Source: a virus (lineage: Duplodnaviria; Heunggongvirae; Uroviricota; Caudoviricetes). From it: DNA of 39,405 nucleotides. The stretch covers positions 1 to 39,405 of the IMG/VR virus record IMGVR_UViG_2713896795_000007. One strand, written 5' to 3'. Shown here one piece after another: positions 1 to 8,797 of this stretch. The position numbers and the translations under genes were made by a program. Positions within the stretch are counted from its first letter, which is position 1. Each line of letters opens with the position of its first letter. The notes under the pieces were generated by a model. It was not told the DNA's origin, ran no database searches, and saw nothing but the letters and a program-made list of their open reading frames with translations.

Positions 1-747
1 ATGAAAAATATTGCGGCAAGCGGTGTTCTTGAACGTATCCGCAGACTGGCCCCACAGCATGTAACCGCGCCGTACCGGACACGGGAAGAGTGGTACGAGT
101 GGTGGCTTGCTGAAGGGCGAAAACGTAGTGAGGAGATTAATCGCCTGAATAACAAGATTCATGCGGAAAAAATTCTGAACCGTTCGGGTATCCAGCCGTT
201 GCACCAGAAGTGTTCGTTTGCGAATTACCGGGTGCAGAACGACGGGCAACGCCACGCGCTGAGTCATGCAAAATCCATCGCGGACGAACTTATGACCAGG
301 TGCACAAATTTCGTGTTCAGCGGTAAGCCGGGTACCGGAAAAAATCACCTTGCGGCAGCCATCGGCAACCATCTTCTGGCGAAGGGGCGGAGTGTGATTG
401 TGGTCACTGTGGCTGATGTGATGCTGGCGTTGCACGGCAGCTACGACAACAAAAACTCGGGTGAAAAGTTTTTGCAGGGATTGTGCAACGTTGACCTGCT
501 GGTTCTGGATGAGATTGGCATGCAGCGTGATACACGCAATGAACAGGTCACTCTGAACCAGATAGTCGACCGCAGAACGGCTTCGATGCGCAGTGTCGGG
601 ATGCTGACGAACCTGAACCATACCGCGATGAGCACCCTTCTGGGAGAGCGAGTGATGGACCGCATGACCATGAACGGTGGTCGCTGGGTGAATTTTAACT
701 GGGAAAGCTGGCGTTCGAATGTCGGTCAGCCAGGAACAGAGAAGTAA
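1..747 (+). CDS. DnaC-like replication protein (AAA+ helicase loader)
   Basis: 248 aa ORF with Walker A motif [15 protein letters not shown] and DEIG Walker B-like motif; colinear with E. coli DnaC from M1 ([24 protein letters not shown]). ATG at window position 1, so upstream RBS cannot be seen. Confidence 0.85.
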   Translation: MKNIAASGVLERIRRLAPQHVTAPYRTREEWYEWWLAEGRKRSEEINRLNNKIHAEKILNRSGIQPLHQKCSFANYRVQNDGQRHALSHAKSIADELMTRCTNFVFSGKPGTGKNHLAAAIGNHLLAKGRSVIVVTVADVMLALHGSYDNKNSGEKFLQGLCNVDLLVLDEIGMQRDTRNEQVTLNQIVDRRTASMRSVGMLTNLNHTAMSTLLGERVMDRMTMNGGRWVNFNWESWRSNVGQPGTEK

Positions 748-769
748 TTTTTACCGGGAGAAAAATTTT

Positions 770-1516
770 ATGGAAACCGTTTTTGACGCACTGAAAGCAA
801 TGGGCAAAGCCACGTCGGTAGAGCTGGCTGCGCGACTTGATATCAGTCGTGAAGAAGTGCTGAACGAGCTGTGGGAGCTGAAAAAGGCTGGTTTCGTTGA
901 TAAAAGCGTATACACCTGGCGTGTGGCTGATAACAACGCTCAGCAGGAACAGCCAGAGCAGGCAGAACCGCCGGAAGAAACCACCACGGCAACAGTCGCG
1001 AAAATACCGGAGTGCGATTTAACCGCGACGATTGAACAACGTGGTCCACTAACTGCGGATGAACTGGCTACGTTGTTCGGTACCACATCACGCAAAGTGG
1101 CTTCAACGCTGGCTATGGCAATCAGCAAAGGACGCCTGATTCGCGTAAATCAGAACGGTAAATTTCGTTACTGCATACCGGGTGATAATTTACCAGTAGA
1201 GCCGAAAGTTGAATCGGTAGCGGAAACCAATGGTAAAGCCTTTCCTCAGCCAGCAGGTGTTGCGTTACCAGTACAGGAAGCTGCAGCACAGGAAGATATT
1301 AAAACAGAAACTGTGGCGGACATTGTACAGTCGCAGTCATCGGTAACGGAAAAGCGAGTGGATAATCTGGTTCTGCCATCGCTGCGACAGGCAAACCGCG
1401 AGCTGCGTAGGGTGAAAAGTGATATCCGGAAGTGGGAGCGTGTCTGTGCTGCGCTGCGGGAGCTGAACAAACACAGGGATATTCTCCGGAAGATTGCAGC
1501 TACCGGAGAACAATAG
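770..1516 (+). CDS. hypothetical phage protein, N-terminal winged-helix-like segment and Q/E-rich linker
   Basis: ORF track 719-1516; start taken at ATG 770 with GGGAGA RBS, just after the DnaC-like stop. No recognised catalytic motif. Confidence 0.6.
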   Translation: METVFDALKAMGKATSVELAARLDISREEVLNELWELKKAGFVDKSVYTWRVADNNAQQEQPEQAEPPEETTTATVAKIPECDLTATIEQRGPLTADELATLFGTTSRKVASTLAMAISKGRLIRVNQNGKFRYCIPGDNLPVEPKVESVAETNGKAFPQPAGVALPVQEAAAQEDIKTETVADIVQSQSSVTEKRVDNLVLPSLRQANRELRRVKSDIRKWERVCAALRELNKHRDILRKIAATGEQ

Positions 1517-1581
1517 CAGTGGGAAACCGGAAGACGTGGTGCAGGGCTGAAATCCTGATACTCCGGCAGTGTGCGGGAACC

Positions 1582-1836
1582 ATGCGGGTGAAAGACATCG
1601 GGAAGCTGACGGGGCGTACGGAGGCGGCAGTAAGAACAAAAGCGCGGGAACTGGGTATCAGTCTGATGTTGCGGGGTGATTTTCACCAGTCGGTAAAAAT
1701 GCCCCGGAGCAGCGTTGAGGTGATACGACAGCTACATGAGCAGGGCATTTCACGTCGCGAGATAGCGGAAAAATTCGAAATGCCGCTGCGCACGGTGAAT
1801 AACTATGTTTATTTCGACAGGAGGGTTCAGGAGTGA
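1582..1836 (+). CDS. small helix-turn-helix DNA-binding protein
   Basis: Internal ATG of ORF 1432-1836; two HTH-like segments (GKLTGRTEAAVRTKARELGIS and ISRREIAEKFEMPLRTVNNYV). Start uncertain. Confidence 0.5.
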   Translation: MRVKDIGKLTGRTEAAVRTKARELGISLMLRGDFHQSVKMPRSSVEVIRQLHEQGISRREIAEKFEMPLRTVNNYVYFDRRVQE

Positions 1837-2138
1837 GAGTGAGGGTTTCTATCGCCGGTCCAATGACGGGGTATGAAAATTTCAACCGTGAGGCATTTCA
1901 CAAGGCGGAAGAGGAACTGAAACGGGAAGGGCATACCGTCCTGAATCCGGCAGTGCTTCCGGACGGGCTGACACAGCCGCATTACATGGATATCTGTATG
2001 GCAATGATTCGTTGCGTGGATGCGATTTACATGCTGAAAGGCTGGCAGCGGTCGGCAGGCGCTAAGGCAGAACTGGCGCTGGCGGAGAAACTGGGACATG
2101 CGGTTATTTTTCAGGAGGCAGCCAGTGAGCAAGACTGA
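1833..2138 (+). CDS. DUF4406-like protein (nucleoside 2-deoxyribosyltransferase-like)
   Basis: GTG start overlapping the previous stop, AGGAGG RBS; N-terminus VSIAGPMTG...FNREAFHKAEEEL...GHTVLNP typical of this phage family. Confidence 0.6.
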   Translation: MRVRVSIAGPMTGYENFNREAFHKAEEELKREGHTVLNPAVLPDGLTQPHYMDICMAMIRCVDAIYMLKGWQRSAGAKAELALAEKLGHAVIFQEAASEQD

Positions 2139-2580
2139 TTATCAGGCGCTACGGGAACGTTATTCACCTAAGCCAGTACCTGAATGCTCTGTTTGTGGCG
2201 AGGAAATGTCGATGCAGCGCATATCTTCCGGAACGCATATTGTGTATGCCTGCACAGGCGAGGGGGATGATGGATATTTAAAGTTTGGTCGAACTTTTGC
2301 GGATGAGCATTACCTGAAATCGCGTGTAACCGTCGTTGATGTTAGCGATCCTGACGTACTGTCACTGCTGGACGAGCTGGATGCAGCAAAAAATCGCATT
2401 GCAGAATTGACAGACGTGCTTACACAAATGATTAATGCGCATAAAACCACAATTCGTTTGGGTCATGAACGCATAACTGAATGTGGTGGTGACTGCGATT
2501 CGCCAGAAAAGATGATTTCAGAAAATCCGGATATCAGAATGGCAGAGGCTGTTTTGAGAACGGGAATAAAAACTGAATAA
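2125..2580 (+). CDS. hypothetical phage protein with Cys pairs and C-terminal coiled-coil
   Basis: GTG start after AGGAGG RBS (ORF track 2098-2580); CSVCGEE and CGGDCD pairs; in-frame, tightly packed with neighbours. Confidence 0.5.
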   Translation: MSKTDYQALRERYSPKPVPECSVCGEEMSMQRISSGTHIVYACTGEGDDGYLKFGRTFADEHYLKSRVTVVDVSDPDVLSLLDELDAAKNRIAELTDVLTQMINAHKTTIRLGHERITECGGDCDSPEKMISENPDIRMAEAVLRTGIKTE

Positions 2581-2675
2581 TTAAATTTAGCACAGCAAAT
2601 TTAATTTAATCCTTAACCGGAGGGATTTCTGCACCCTCAGAACATCAGGAGGCTGCCCGAAAGGACGGTAGCAAT

Positions 2676-2858
2676 ATGCGAAAGTTCAAAATAATTATTG
2701 AAACGGGAATAGCTGGTGGAAATTTTGAGGATGTATTCGAAGTGGACGATGATGCGACACCTGATGAAATAAATGACGAAGCAAAAGAAATTTTCTTTAA
2801 CTACTGCAATTACTCATATTACGAAATAAAAGACGAAGAGGAAGAACAAAATGGCTGA
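2676..2858 (+). CDS. small hyper-acidic protein (60 aa)
   Basis: ATG preceded by AGGAGG; roughly 19 of 60 residues are D/E (EVDDDATPDEINDEAKE, KDEEEEQ); sits in the early region. Confidence 0.5.
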   Translation: MRKFKIIIETGIAGGNFEDVFEVDDDATPDEINDEAKEIFFNYCNYSYYEIKDEEEEQNG

Positions 2859-3071
2859 TATTGCCGATCAGGCATCAGAGATCGAAGAACTTCAGCGCAA
2901 TAGTGCCCTGCAAAATACCAGACAAATTTTCGTTCCGTATCCTCCACTCATTGTTGTGAGTGTGGCGAGCCGATAGATAAACGGCGGCGACTGGCCGTTA
3001 AGGGGGGCCGGACTTGTACCAGTTGCCAGGAGGATCTGGAGCTTATCAGTAAACAGAGAGGTTCGAAGTGA
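2851..3071 (+). pseudogene. TraR/DksA-family C4 zinc-finger gene, disrupted by a 1-nt frameshift
   Basis: ATG 2851 reads MADIADQASEIEELQRNSALQNTRQIF then stops at 2974; the CxxC-x17-CxxC finger (CCECGEPIDKRRRLAVKGGRTCTSCQ) continues in frame 3 to TGA 3069-3071 with no start codon of its own. Restoring one T in the T-run 2927-2930 gives a 73-aa intact protein. Confidence 0.55.
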
Positions 3072-3667
3072 GAGAAATTAACTATCAGGCACTGCGTGAG
3101 ATAGCAAAACAGGCAACACAGGGCGAATGGGGCGCATTTATTTCGCCGGGCAAACACGGCACGTACGCCGTGCACACACCAGGAGATAATCACCACGGAG
3201 ATATTGTCGACTGGCCTGGATTCGACGAACAGAAAAACGCAGAGAACAACGCTCGTTATATCGCAGCTTTCAACCCAGAAGTAGCGCAGGAGTTGCTGGA
3301 TGAACGGGAAACCCAAAACAAGCGCATAGCAGAACTGGAGAAAAGCGAAGAGCAACTCATCAATGAGCGTGACCATGCTGAGTCTGCTTTAGATGATATG
3401 TACTTTGCAGCAACCGGTAACAGGCCGGAGTGGAGTAACTGGTTCGGCTTTTCAGATGCCGTCGATGCCGTGGTTGACAGAATTGCTGATTTGGAAGCCA
3501 AACAGCCATCGCCAGTAGTACCGAAAGGACTGGTTAAAGCAGTGCGCTTCTATGAACAGGTTAAGCGTGAAAATCCGCCAGTCGAAACCGGAGCATGGAA
3601 AGACGCTGTTGATTGGGTACTCAAAGAGGCTTGCCAGGCTGTAAACATTGGTACCAAAGGAGATTGA
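3068..3667 (+). CDS. Ea22-like family protein
   Basis: GTG start with GAGAGG RBS; motifs ALREIAKQATQGEWGAF and ARYIAAFNPEVAQELLDE plus central coiled-coil are characteristic of lambdoid ead/Ea22-like proteins. Confidence 0.7.
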   Translation: MREINYQALREIAKQATQGEWGAFISPGKHGTYAVHTPGDNHHGDIVDWPGFDEQKNAENNARYIAAFNPEVAQELLDERETQNKRIAELEKSEEQLINERDHAESALDDMYFAATGNRPEWSNWFGFSDAVDAVVDRIADLEAKQPSPVVPKGLVKAVRFYEQVKRENPPVETGAWKDAVDWVLKEACQAVNIGTKGD

Positions 3668-3668
3668 T

Positions 3669-3791
3669 ATGAGCACTTTTACCGACAAAGAAATGATTAA
3701 AGAAATCAAAGAGCGCATAGGCAGCCTGGACGTGAGAGACAATATTGAGCGCCGAGCTTATGAAATAGCGTTAGCCTCGCTGGAAGCATAA
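3669..3791 (+). CDS. small hypothetical protein (40 aa)
   Basis: ATG overlaps upstream stop (TGATATG), consistent with translational coupling; too small to assign. Confidence 0.3.
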   Translation: MSTFTDKEMIKEIKERIGSLDVRDNIERRAYEIALASLEA

Positions 3792-3821
3792 CCTGTAAGC
3801 CAAACTTGCAAGTTGCCTCCC

Positions 3822-4193
3822 ATGTCATCCAACGAAGTTAACGACGCGGCATGGAAATTACACAACATATTGACAGAACATGGCCCTCTGAACGGGCGTC
3901 AGTTCAATAATCTGAAAGGTTGCTTCTATGAGGTATTTAAGATCGCAATGCGCAACTATCCGGTAACTCCGGATGGTTGGATAAGCTGTAGTGCGCGAAT
4001 GCCTGAAAAGGGCGAGAACGTGCTTATTTCAGTGAATTTCGATAGCTCTCTGGTTGAACCGCTAATATGCTCCGCACGCTATACCGGAAGCACCTTTCGG
4101 CGCGGAGATGCAACGATTAAGCCGGGTAATGGTATTGAGCAAGCAACTCACTGGATGCAGCTACCGGAACCGCCGCAGGAGGTGAGTCAATGA
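3822..4193 (+). CDS. DUF551-like phage protein
   Basis: C-terminal THWMQLPEPP and WISCSARMPEKGENVLISV motifs typical of DUF551; ATG 3822 chosen over upstream TTG 3813. Confidence 0.7.
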   Translation: MSSNEVNDAAWKLHNILTEHGPLNGRQFNNLKGCFYEVFKIAMRNYPVTPDGWISCSARMPEKGENVLISVNFDSSLVEPLICSARYTGSTFRRGDATIKPGNGIEQATHWMQLPEPPQEVSQ

Positions 4194-4273
4194 GCTGGCC
4201 TGAAGCATTTGCAACGGCAGGAATTGCGATGGCGGTGGCGCTGGTGGTGTATTCGATTTGCCGCTGGGGGTAA
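4190..4273 (+). CDS. small hydrophobic peptide (27 aa)
   Basis: ATGA overlap with previous stop; sequence MSWPEAFATAGIAMAVALVVYSICRWG is a single predicted TM helix. Speculative. Confidence 0.25.
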   Translation: MSWPEAFATAGIAMAVALVVYSICRWG

Positions 4274-4645
4274 GGCATTAAGAACGCGCCTTGTGTACAT
4301 AAGCAGGGCGCTTAACGCACAGAGTTAAATATCGACATAACGAAATCTTATCTTCTATTGCTGCTGTGATAACACGGACACATATTTATCATGCACGTGC
4401 ACGCTAAATGTGGGAGGTTATCGTGCTGGTTCTGAAATGCGCGCTGGCTATTGTGGCTGTAATGGCAATTTATTGTCTTGTTATTGTTCTCATGGATCAC
4501 CTTTCTGATTGATTTCATATTGGCGAGGTGATGGGAGTTAAGTAGAATTGCTGCGGGTGCTTGAGGCTATCTGCCTCGGGCATGAACACCAACGGCAGAT
4601 AGAGAAAAGCCCCACCCGACTATAAATCGAAGTGAGGCAAGTCTT

Positions 4646-4852
4646 ATGTCTCGACAACTGAAGATTAGCCTCTTACGTGCCGAAAGGCAAGGAGAAGCAG
4701 GCTATGAAGCAGCAAAAGGCGATGTTAATCGCCCTGATCGTCATCTGTTTAACCGTCATAGTGACGGCACTGGTAACGAGGAAAGACCTCTGCGAGGTAC
4801 GAATCCGAACCGGCCAGACGGAGGTCGCTGTCTTCACAGCTTACGAACCTGA
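4646..4852 (+). CDS. mok: mok-like overlapping reading frame
   Basis: 68-aa ORF overlapping almost all of hok in another frame, the canonical hok/mok arrangement. Confidence 0.45.
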   Translation: MSRQLKISLLRAERQGEAGYEAAKGDVNRPDRHLFNRHSDGTGNEERPLRGTNPNRPDGGRCLHSLRT

Positions 4853-4859
4853 GGAGTAA
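4704..4859 (+). CDS. hok: Hok/Gef-family type I toxin (51 aa membrane peptide)
   Basis: MKQQKAMLIALIVICLTVIVTALVTRKDLCEVRIRTGQTEVAVFTAYEPEE matches the Hok/Gef family (TM helix, conserved RK.LCE.R...EVAAF..YE) and closely resembles chromosomal HokD/RelF. Confidence 0.85.
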   Translation: MKQQKAMLIALIVICLTVIVTALVTRKDLCEVRIRTGQTEVAVFTAYEPEE

Positions 4860-4928
4860 GAGACCAGGCGGGGGAGAAATCCCTCGCCACCTCTGATGTG
4901 TCAGGCATCCTCAACGCACCCGCACTTA

Positions 4929-4950
4929 ACCCGCTTCGGCGGGTTTTTTA
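4929..4950. terminator. rho-independent terminator after hok
   Basis: Hairpin CCCGC-TTCG-GCGGG followed by TTTTTT. Confidence 0.6.
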
Positions 4951-4955
4951 TGGTT

Positions 4956-5288
4956 TTATAAAGCCCCCATAAACCTGAGGATGTAATCTTTAAAGATGAG
5001 TGCCAGAGCAGCGGCAACGATAAACCACTGGAGTCGGTCAAACTTGGTTTCCAGTTTATCCAGACGCTTATCAACCGACATTAACTGATTTTGCAAAGAG
5101 TTAAAGCGACTATCGACTTCCCGACGCAGATTATCAACGTTTTCTTGTGAAGCATTAAATCGACTATCAATCTCGCGACGTAAGTTATCAACGCTTTCCT
5201 GTGTTGCAAGATGTTGCATATTCTGATGGCGATGGAGTAAAGCATTCAACACATCAGCTGGTGCTGAACTCAATTTTTTTGTCGTCAC
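4956..5288 (-). CDS. coiled-coil protein with C-terminal TM anchor and internal tandem repeat
   Basis: 110 aa; repeat ESVDNLRREIDSRFNASQ / ENVDNLRREVDSRFNSLQ, C-terminal hydrophobic helix WFIVAAALALIF; only long minus-strand gene in the early region, convergent with hok. Confidence 0.55.
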   Translation of the reverse strand: MTTKKLSSAPADVLNALLHRHQNMQHLATQESVDNLRREIDSRFNASQENVDNLRREVDSRFNSLQNQLMSVDKRLDKLETKFDRLQWFIVAAALALIFKDYILRFMGAL

Positions 5289-5420
5289 TCATGATGGCCT
5301 CCTGTATTGGGGAATTGTGGTACAGGAAAAACCTGTTAAGTAAATAGTAAAGTTAATCGCCTCACTCATCAAGTGAGTAAGCGCAGAAGCGGTTGACGAC
5401 AACAGAAATCAGAGACAATA

Positions 5421-5747
5421 TTGCCGCACGCCAGCCTGAACAACTGGCACCTGCTGCGCCTGCAGAGAAAACAGATGGCGCACAATACCAAACATCACAA
5501 TTCTGATACCGACCTTGCCAGCAGGCACGGGCGGCGCTCTCGCGCATTTAAATCTGATTGGTACCAGCATCCCCCATGTACTGAAGAACAAGCTGAATGG
5601 CTAATTCAGTGCTACCGCAGACACGGATACGAGATTAAGAAAGCCCTCAGCCTCGATTATCGTCACTGGATAATCTCCGTCAGGCTTCCTTACTCCGAAC
5701 GCCCACCGCGTCCGTCCCGCACATTCCAGCAACGGATCTGGAGGTAA
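5421..5747 (+). CDS. hypothetical basic protein
   Basis: 108-aa ORF immediately upstream of the DUF968 gene; start uncertain; no motif recognised. Confidence 0.35.
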   Translation: MPHASLNNWHLLRLQRKQMAHNTKHHNSDTDLASRHGRRSRAFKSDWYQHPPCTEEQAEWLIQCYRRHGYEIKKALSLDYRHWIISVRLPYSERPPRPSRTFQQRIWR

Positions 5748-5748
5748 C

Positions 5749-6798
5749 GTGCGGGTATTACTTCGACCTGTTCTGGTACCGGAACTCGGGCTGGTGGTCC
5801 TTAAGCCAGGTCGTGAATCCATGCAGGTATTTCACAATCCTCGAGTGCTGGTGGAGCCGGAACCGAAAAGCATGCTCGGTCTGCCGTCCGGAGTCGTCCC
5901 TGCCGTTCGCCAGCCGCTGGCGGAGGATAAATCATTACTGTCATTTTTCAGCGACGAACGAGTGATTCGTGCTGCTGGTGGCGCTGGCGCATTGTCTCAC
6001 TGGTTACTGCGCCATGTTAAATCCTGCCAGTGGCCACACGGCGATTATCACCACAGTGAAACCGTCATTCACCGTTATGACTCTGGCGCGATGGTGTTGT
6101 GCTGGCACTGCGACAACCAGTTGCGTGACCAGACCTCCGAATCACTCGGGCTACTAGCTCACCAAAACTTGTCAGCATGGATGATTGACGTCATCCGTCA
6201 CGCAATGAATGGCACACAGGAGCGAGAGTTATCGCTAGCTGAATTATCTTGGTGGGCGGTCTGCAATCAAGTGGCGGACGCGCTTCCGGAGGCAGTATTA
6301 CGTCGTTCTCTGGGATTGCGTGCGGAAAAAATCCGCTCGGTGTACCGCGAAAGCGACATCATACCGGGAGAGCAGACAGCCACCAGCGTACTGAAGCAGC
6401 GCACAAAAAATCTTGTGCAGCCATCTCACGCCCACCAGCAACAAAACCCACCACAGGAAAAGACGGTGGTCAGCATCACCGTTGATCCGGAGTCACCGGA
6501 ATCTTTCATGAGGCGGCCTAAACGTCGCCGTTGGGTAAATGAGAAATATACGCGCTGGGTGAAGACACAGCCGTGTACGTGTTGTGGTAAGCCAGCAGAC
6601 GATCCCCATCACCTGATTGGTCACGGTCAGGGCGGGATGGGGACAAAAGCCCACGATATTTTTACGTTGCCGCTGTGTCGGGAACATCACAACGAACTTC
6701 ATGCAGATCCGCAGGCGTTCGAAGAAAAGCATGGTTCCCAGGTTGATTTAATTTTTCGTTTTCTTGATCACGCCTTTGCAACCGGCGTGCTTGGGTAA
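5749..6798 (+). CDS. DUF968-like protein with C-terminal HNH-like Cys/His motif
   Basis: C-terminus CTCCGKPADDPHHLIGHGQGGMGTKAHD...LPLCREHHNELH resembles an HNH/zinc-binding motif; start (GTG 5749, ATG 5821 or ATG 5872) is uncertain. Confidence 0.65.
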   Translation: MRVLLRPVLVPELGLVVLKPGRESMQVFHNPRVLVEPEPKSMLGLPSGVVPAVRQPLAEDKSLLSFFSDERVIRAAGGAGALSHWLLRHVKSCQWPHGDYHHSETVIHRYDSGAMVLCWHCDNQLRDQTSESLGLLAHQNLSAWMIDVIRHAMNGTQERELSLAELSWWAVCNQVADALPEAVLRRSLGLRAEKIRSVYRESDIIPGEQTATSVLKQRTKNLVQPSHAHQQQNPPQEKTVVSITVDPESPESFMRRPKRRRWVNEKYTRWVKTQPCTCCGKPADDPHHLIGHGQGGMGTKAHDIFTLPLCREHHNELHADPQAFEEKHGSQVDLIFRFLDHAFATGVLG

Positions 6799-6810
6799 AA
6801 GAGGTTACTG

Positions 6811-7182
6811 ATGCGTATAGAGTTTGTTTTGCCTTACCCGCCGACGGTGAATACCTACTGGCGACGTCATGGCAATACGTATTTCATCTCGGAAGCCGGA
6901 AAGCGTTATCGCCGTGATGTGGCGCTAATTGTTTGCCAGCAGCGGTTGAAATTAAACCTGTCCGGAAGGCTGGCGATAAAGATTATTGCAGAGCCACCGG
7001 ATAAGCGCCGTCGTGACCTGGACAATATCCTGAAAGCACCACTGGATGCGCTGACGCATGCCGGACTACTCATAGACGACGAGCAGTTTGATGAAATCAA
7101 TATTGTGCGTGGTCTGCCTGTTTGCGGTGGGCGACTGGGTGTGAATATATTCGTAATAAGAGGATGTAATGATGTTGCGTGA
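6811..7182 (+). CDS. rusA: RusA Holliday junction resolvase
   Basis: [16 protein letters not shown]...[28 protein letters not shown] matches RusA hallmarks including the catalytic DLDN region; RBS AAGAGG. Confidence 0.9.
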   Translation: MRIEFVLPYPPTVNTYWRRHGNTYFISEAGKRYRRDVALIVCQQRLKLNLSGRLAIKIIAEPPDKRRRDLDNILKAPLDALTHAGLLIDDEQFDEINIVRGLPVCGGRLGVNIFVIRGCNDVA

Positions 7183-7543
7183 TATTCAGCTGGTTATGGA
7201 GCGGTGGGGAGCATGGGCAGCAAATAATCATGAAGATGTAACATGGCCCTCGATAGCTGCTGGTTTTAAAGGATTAATCCCGGCTAAAGTGAAATCACGT
7301 CCTCAGTGTTCTGATGATGACGCCATGATAATTTGTGGCTGTATGGCACGATTAAACAAGAATAATCAGTATTTGCACAATTTGTTGGTGGATTATTACG
7401 TAGGTGGAATGACATTTATGGCTCTTGCACGTAAGCATAGATGTTCTGATGGGCTTATTGGTAAAAGACTTTATAAAGCAGAAGGTATTATTGAAGGAAT
7501 GCTTATGGCTCTGAATGTCAGGTTAGATATGGATATGCGGTAG
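7169..7543 (+). CDS. late-gene antiterminator, Q-like
   Basis: 124 aa directly after rusA, the canonical lambdoid position; [10 protein letters not shown] motif and Cys cluster typical of one Q-protein family. Confidence 0.7.
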   Translation: MMLRDIQLVMERWGAWAANNHEDVTWPSIAAGFKGLIPAKVKSRPQCSDDDAMIICGCMARLNKNNQYLHNLLVDYYVGGMTFMALARKHRCSDGLIGKRLYKAEGIIEGMLMALNVRLDMDMR

Positions 7544-7633
7544 GGATATATAGTGACTATGGTTATGTTTTCTATGTTTATAATCAATGTGTTTATTTTG
7601 TGGTCGTGAATTTTATGGAAAGTAAACAAAATG

Positions 7634-7662
7634 TTGCCAGGTGAATTGAAAATATTGATAAT
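7634..7662 (+). promoter_or_regulatory. candidate sigma70 promoter (late PR-prime-like or moron promoter)
   Basis: TTGCCA, 17-bp spacer, GATAAT in the AT-rich gap between Q and the CPBP gene. Confidence 0.3.
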
Positions 7663-7693
7663 CAATCTTCATCATTAAATAAAAGGAGTGTTT

Positions 7694-8512
7694 ATGTGGA
7701 TTGTGTTAGCACTGTCACTGTCAACTCTCAGTTGGCATAAGGTAGTGGCTTTTTCATTGTTGACGGTGTCTGTTGTCCTGGCTGTGCTTAATGATATTAT
7801 TGATTGGCCTGTGTTGTTTTTTGTTGCTACAATCGTTTTTTTTATTATTTTGAAGTTCAACTGGAAATATAACGCCTGGGCTAAATCCATATATGAAGCT
7901 GGCATAGTTTTATCAGCCATAGCATTATCTTTCCATTTATGGCCAGGGTTTCACAATCCTGTAGTGCTAAAGTCTGTTACTGTCGGACCTCAAAGCACTC
8001 CCTATACAATGTATTTTAATTTTGATAAAGCGCTGGTGCCATTTTTGTTAGTCCTGTGTACAGCTTCTTTGTTTAAAAAAGAAGTGAAATCAGAAGTGTC
8101 TTTGTGGAAATGGGGGGCTCTGTTGCTCTCTGTTCCTCTTATCCTTTTTTTGGCTGTTTTTTTTGGTGGGTTAAAGCCAGAGATTCATTTTCCTGAGTGG
8201 TTGCCAGAGTTTATATTGGCTAATTTGTTTTTTGTGTCTCTGGCAGAGGAATCATTATTTAGAGGGTATATTCAATCACGGCTATCAGAAGTAACGTCTC
8301 CATTGATTGCGTTAATTGTGGCGTCTTTGTTGTTTGGTCTTTTTCACTATTCAGGTGGTGCTTTACTTGTATTATTTGCCACGTTATCTGGTGTTGTGTA
8401 TGGATTGTCATGGATGTGGAGTGGGCGCTTGTGGGTGGCAACCCTTTTCCATTTTGGTCTGAATCTGTGTCACTTGTTATTCTTTACCTATCCATTCTTA
8501 AAACATAATTGA
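7694..8512 (+). CDS. CPBP-family intramembrane metalloprotease (CAAX protease / Abi-like)
   Basis: Polytopic membrane protein with motifs EESLFRGYIQ (EExxxR), LLFGLFHY (FxxxH) and HFGLNL (HxxxN); AAGGAG RBS 5 nt before ATG; markedly AT-rich. Confidence 0.8.
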   Translation: MWIVLALSLSTLSWHKVVAFSLLTVSVVLAVLNDIIDWPVLFFVATIVFFIILKFNWKYNAWAKSIYEAGIVLSAIALSFHLWPGFHNPVVLKSVTVGPQSTPYTMYFNFDKALVPFLLVLCTASLFKKEVKSEVSLWKWGALLLSVPLILFLAVFFGGLKPEIHFPEWLPEFILANLFFVSLAEESLFRGYIQSRLSEVTSPLIALIVASLLFGLFHYSGGALLVLFATLSGVVYGLSWMWSGRLWVATLFHFGLNLCHLLFFTYPFLKHN

Positions 8513-8652
8513 TTTTTTCTATGGCCTTAAATTTATAACACTGAAAAATAGCAGGATGTGACATTTGCATGAGAAATATGCACGGCAAAGTATTTACGTA
8601 CGTAAAAAATCATGTATGCTTTTAAGAGTGGTTATTTCACTGCATAGCCTGA

Positions 8653-8676
8653 ACCCGCCTCTGAGCGGGTTTTTTG
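8653..8676. terminator. rho-independent terminator after the CPBP gene
   Basis: Hairpin CCCGC-CTCTGA-GCGGG followed by TTTTTT. Confidence 0.6.
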
Positions 8677-8797
8677 TGCTCGCAAAGTAGCGCAGTGCGT
8701 TAAATGTGCTGTGGTTATTAATACTGGTCTTTCTGCTTGCTGGCTTTTTCGACATGAGTTATTGGTATGTCACGTTAACCAGAAAAGGGAAAAAGAC

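Noticed and set aside
5969-6485. Alternative-frame ORFs inside the DUF968-like gene (5969-6157, 6249-6485)
   Set aside because: Nested within a longer ORF with a conserved C-terminal motif; no independent start signals.
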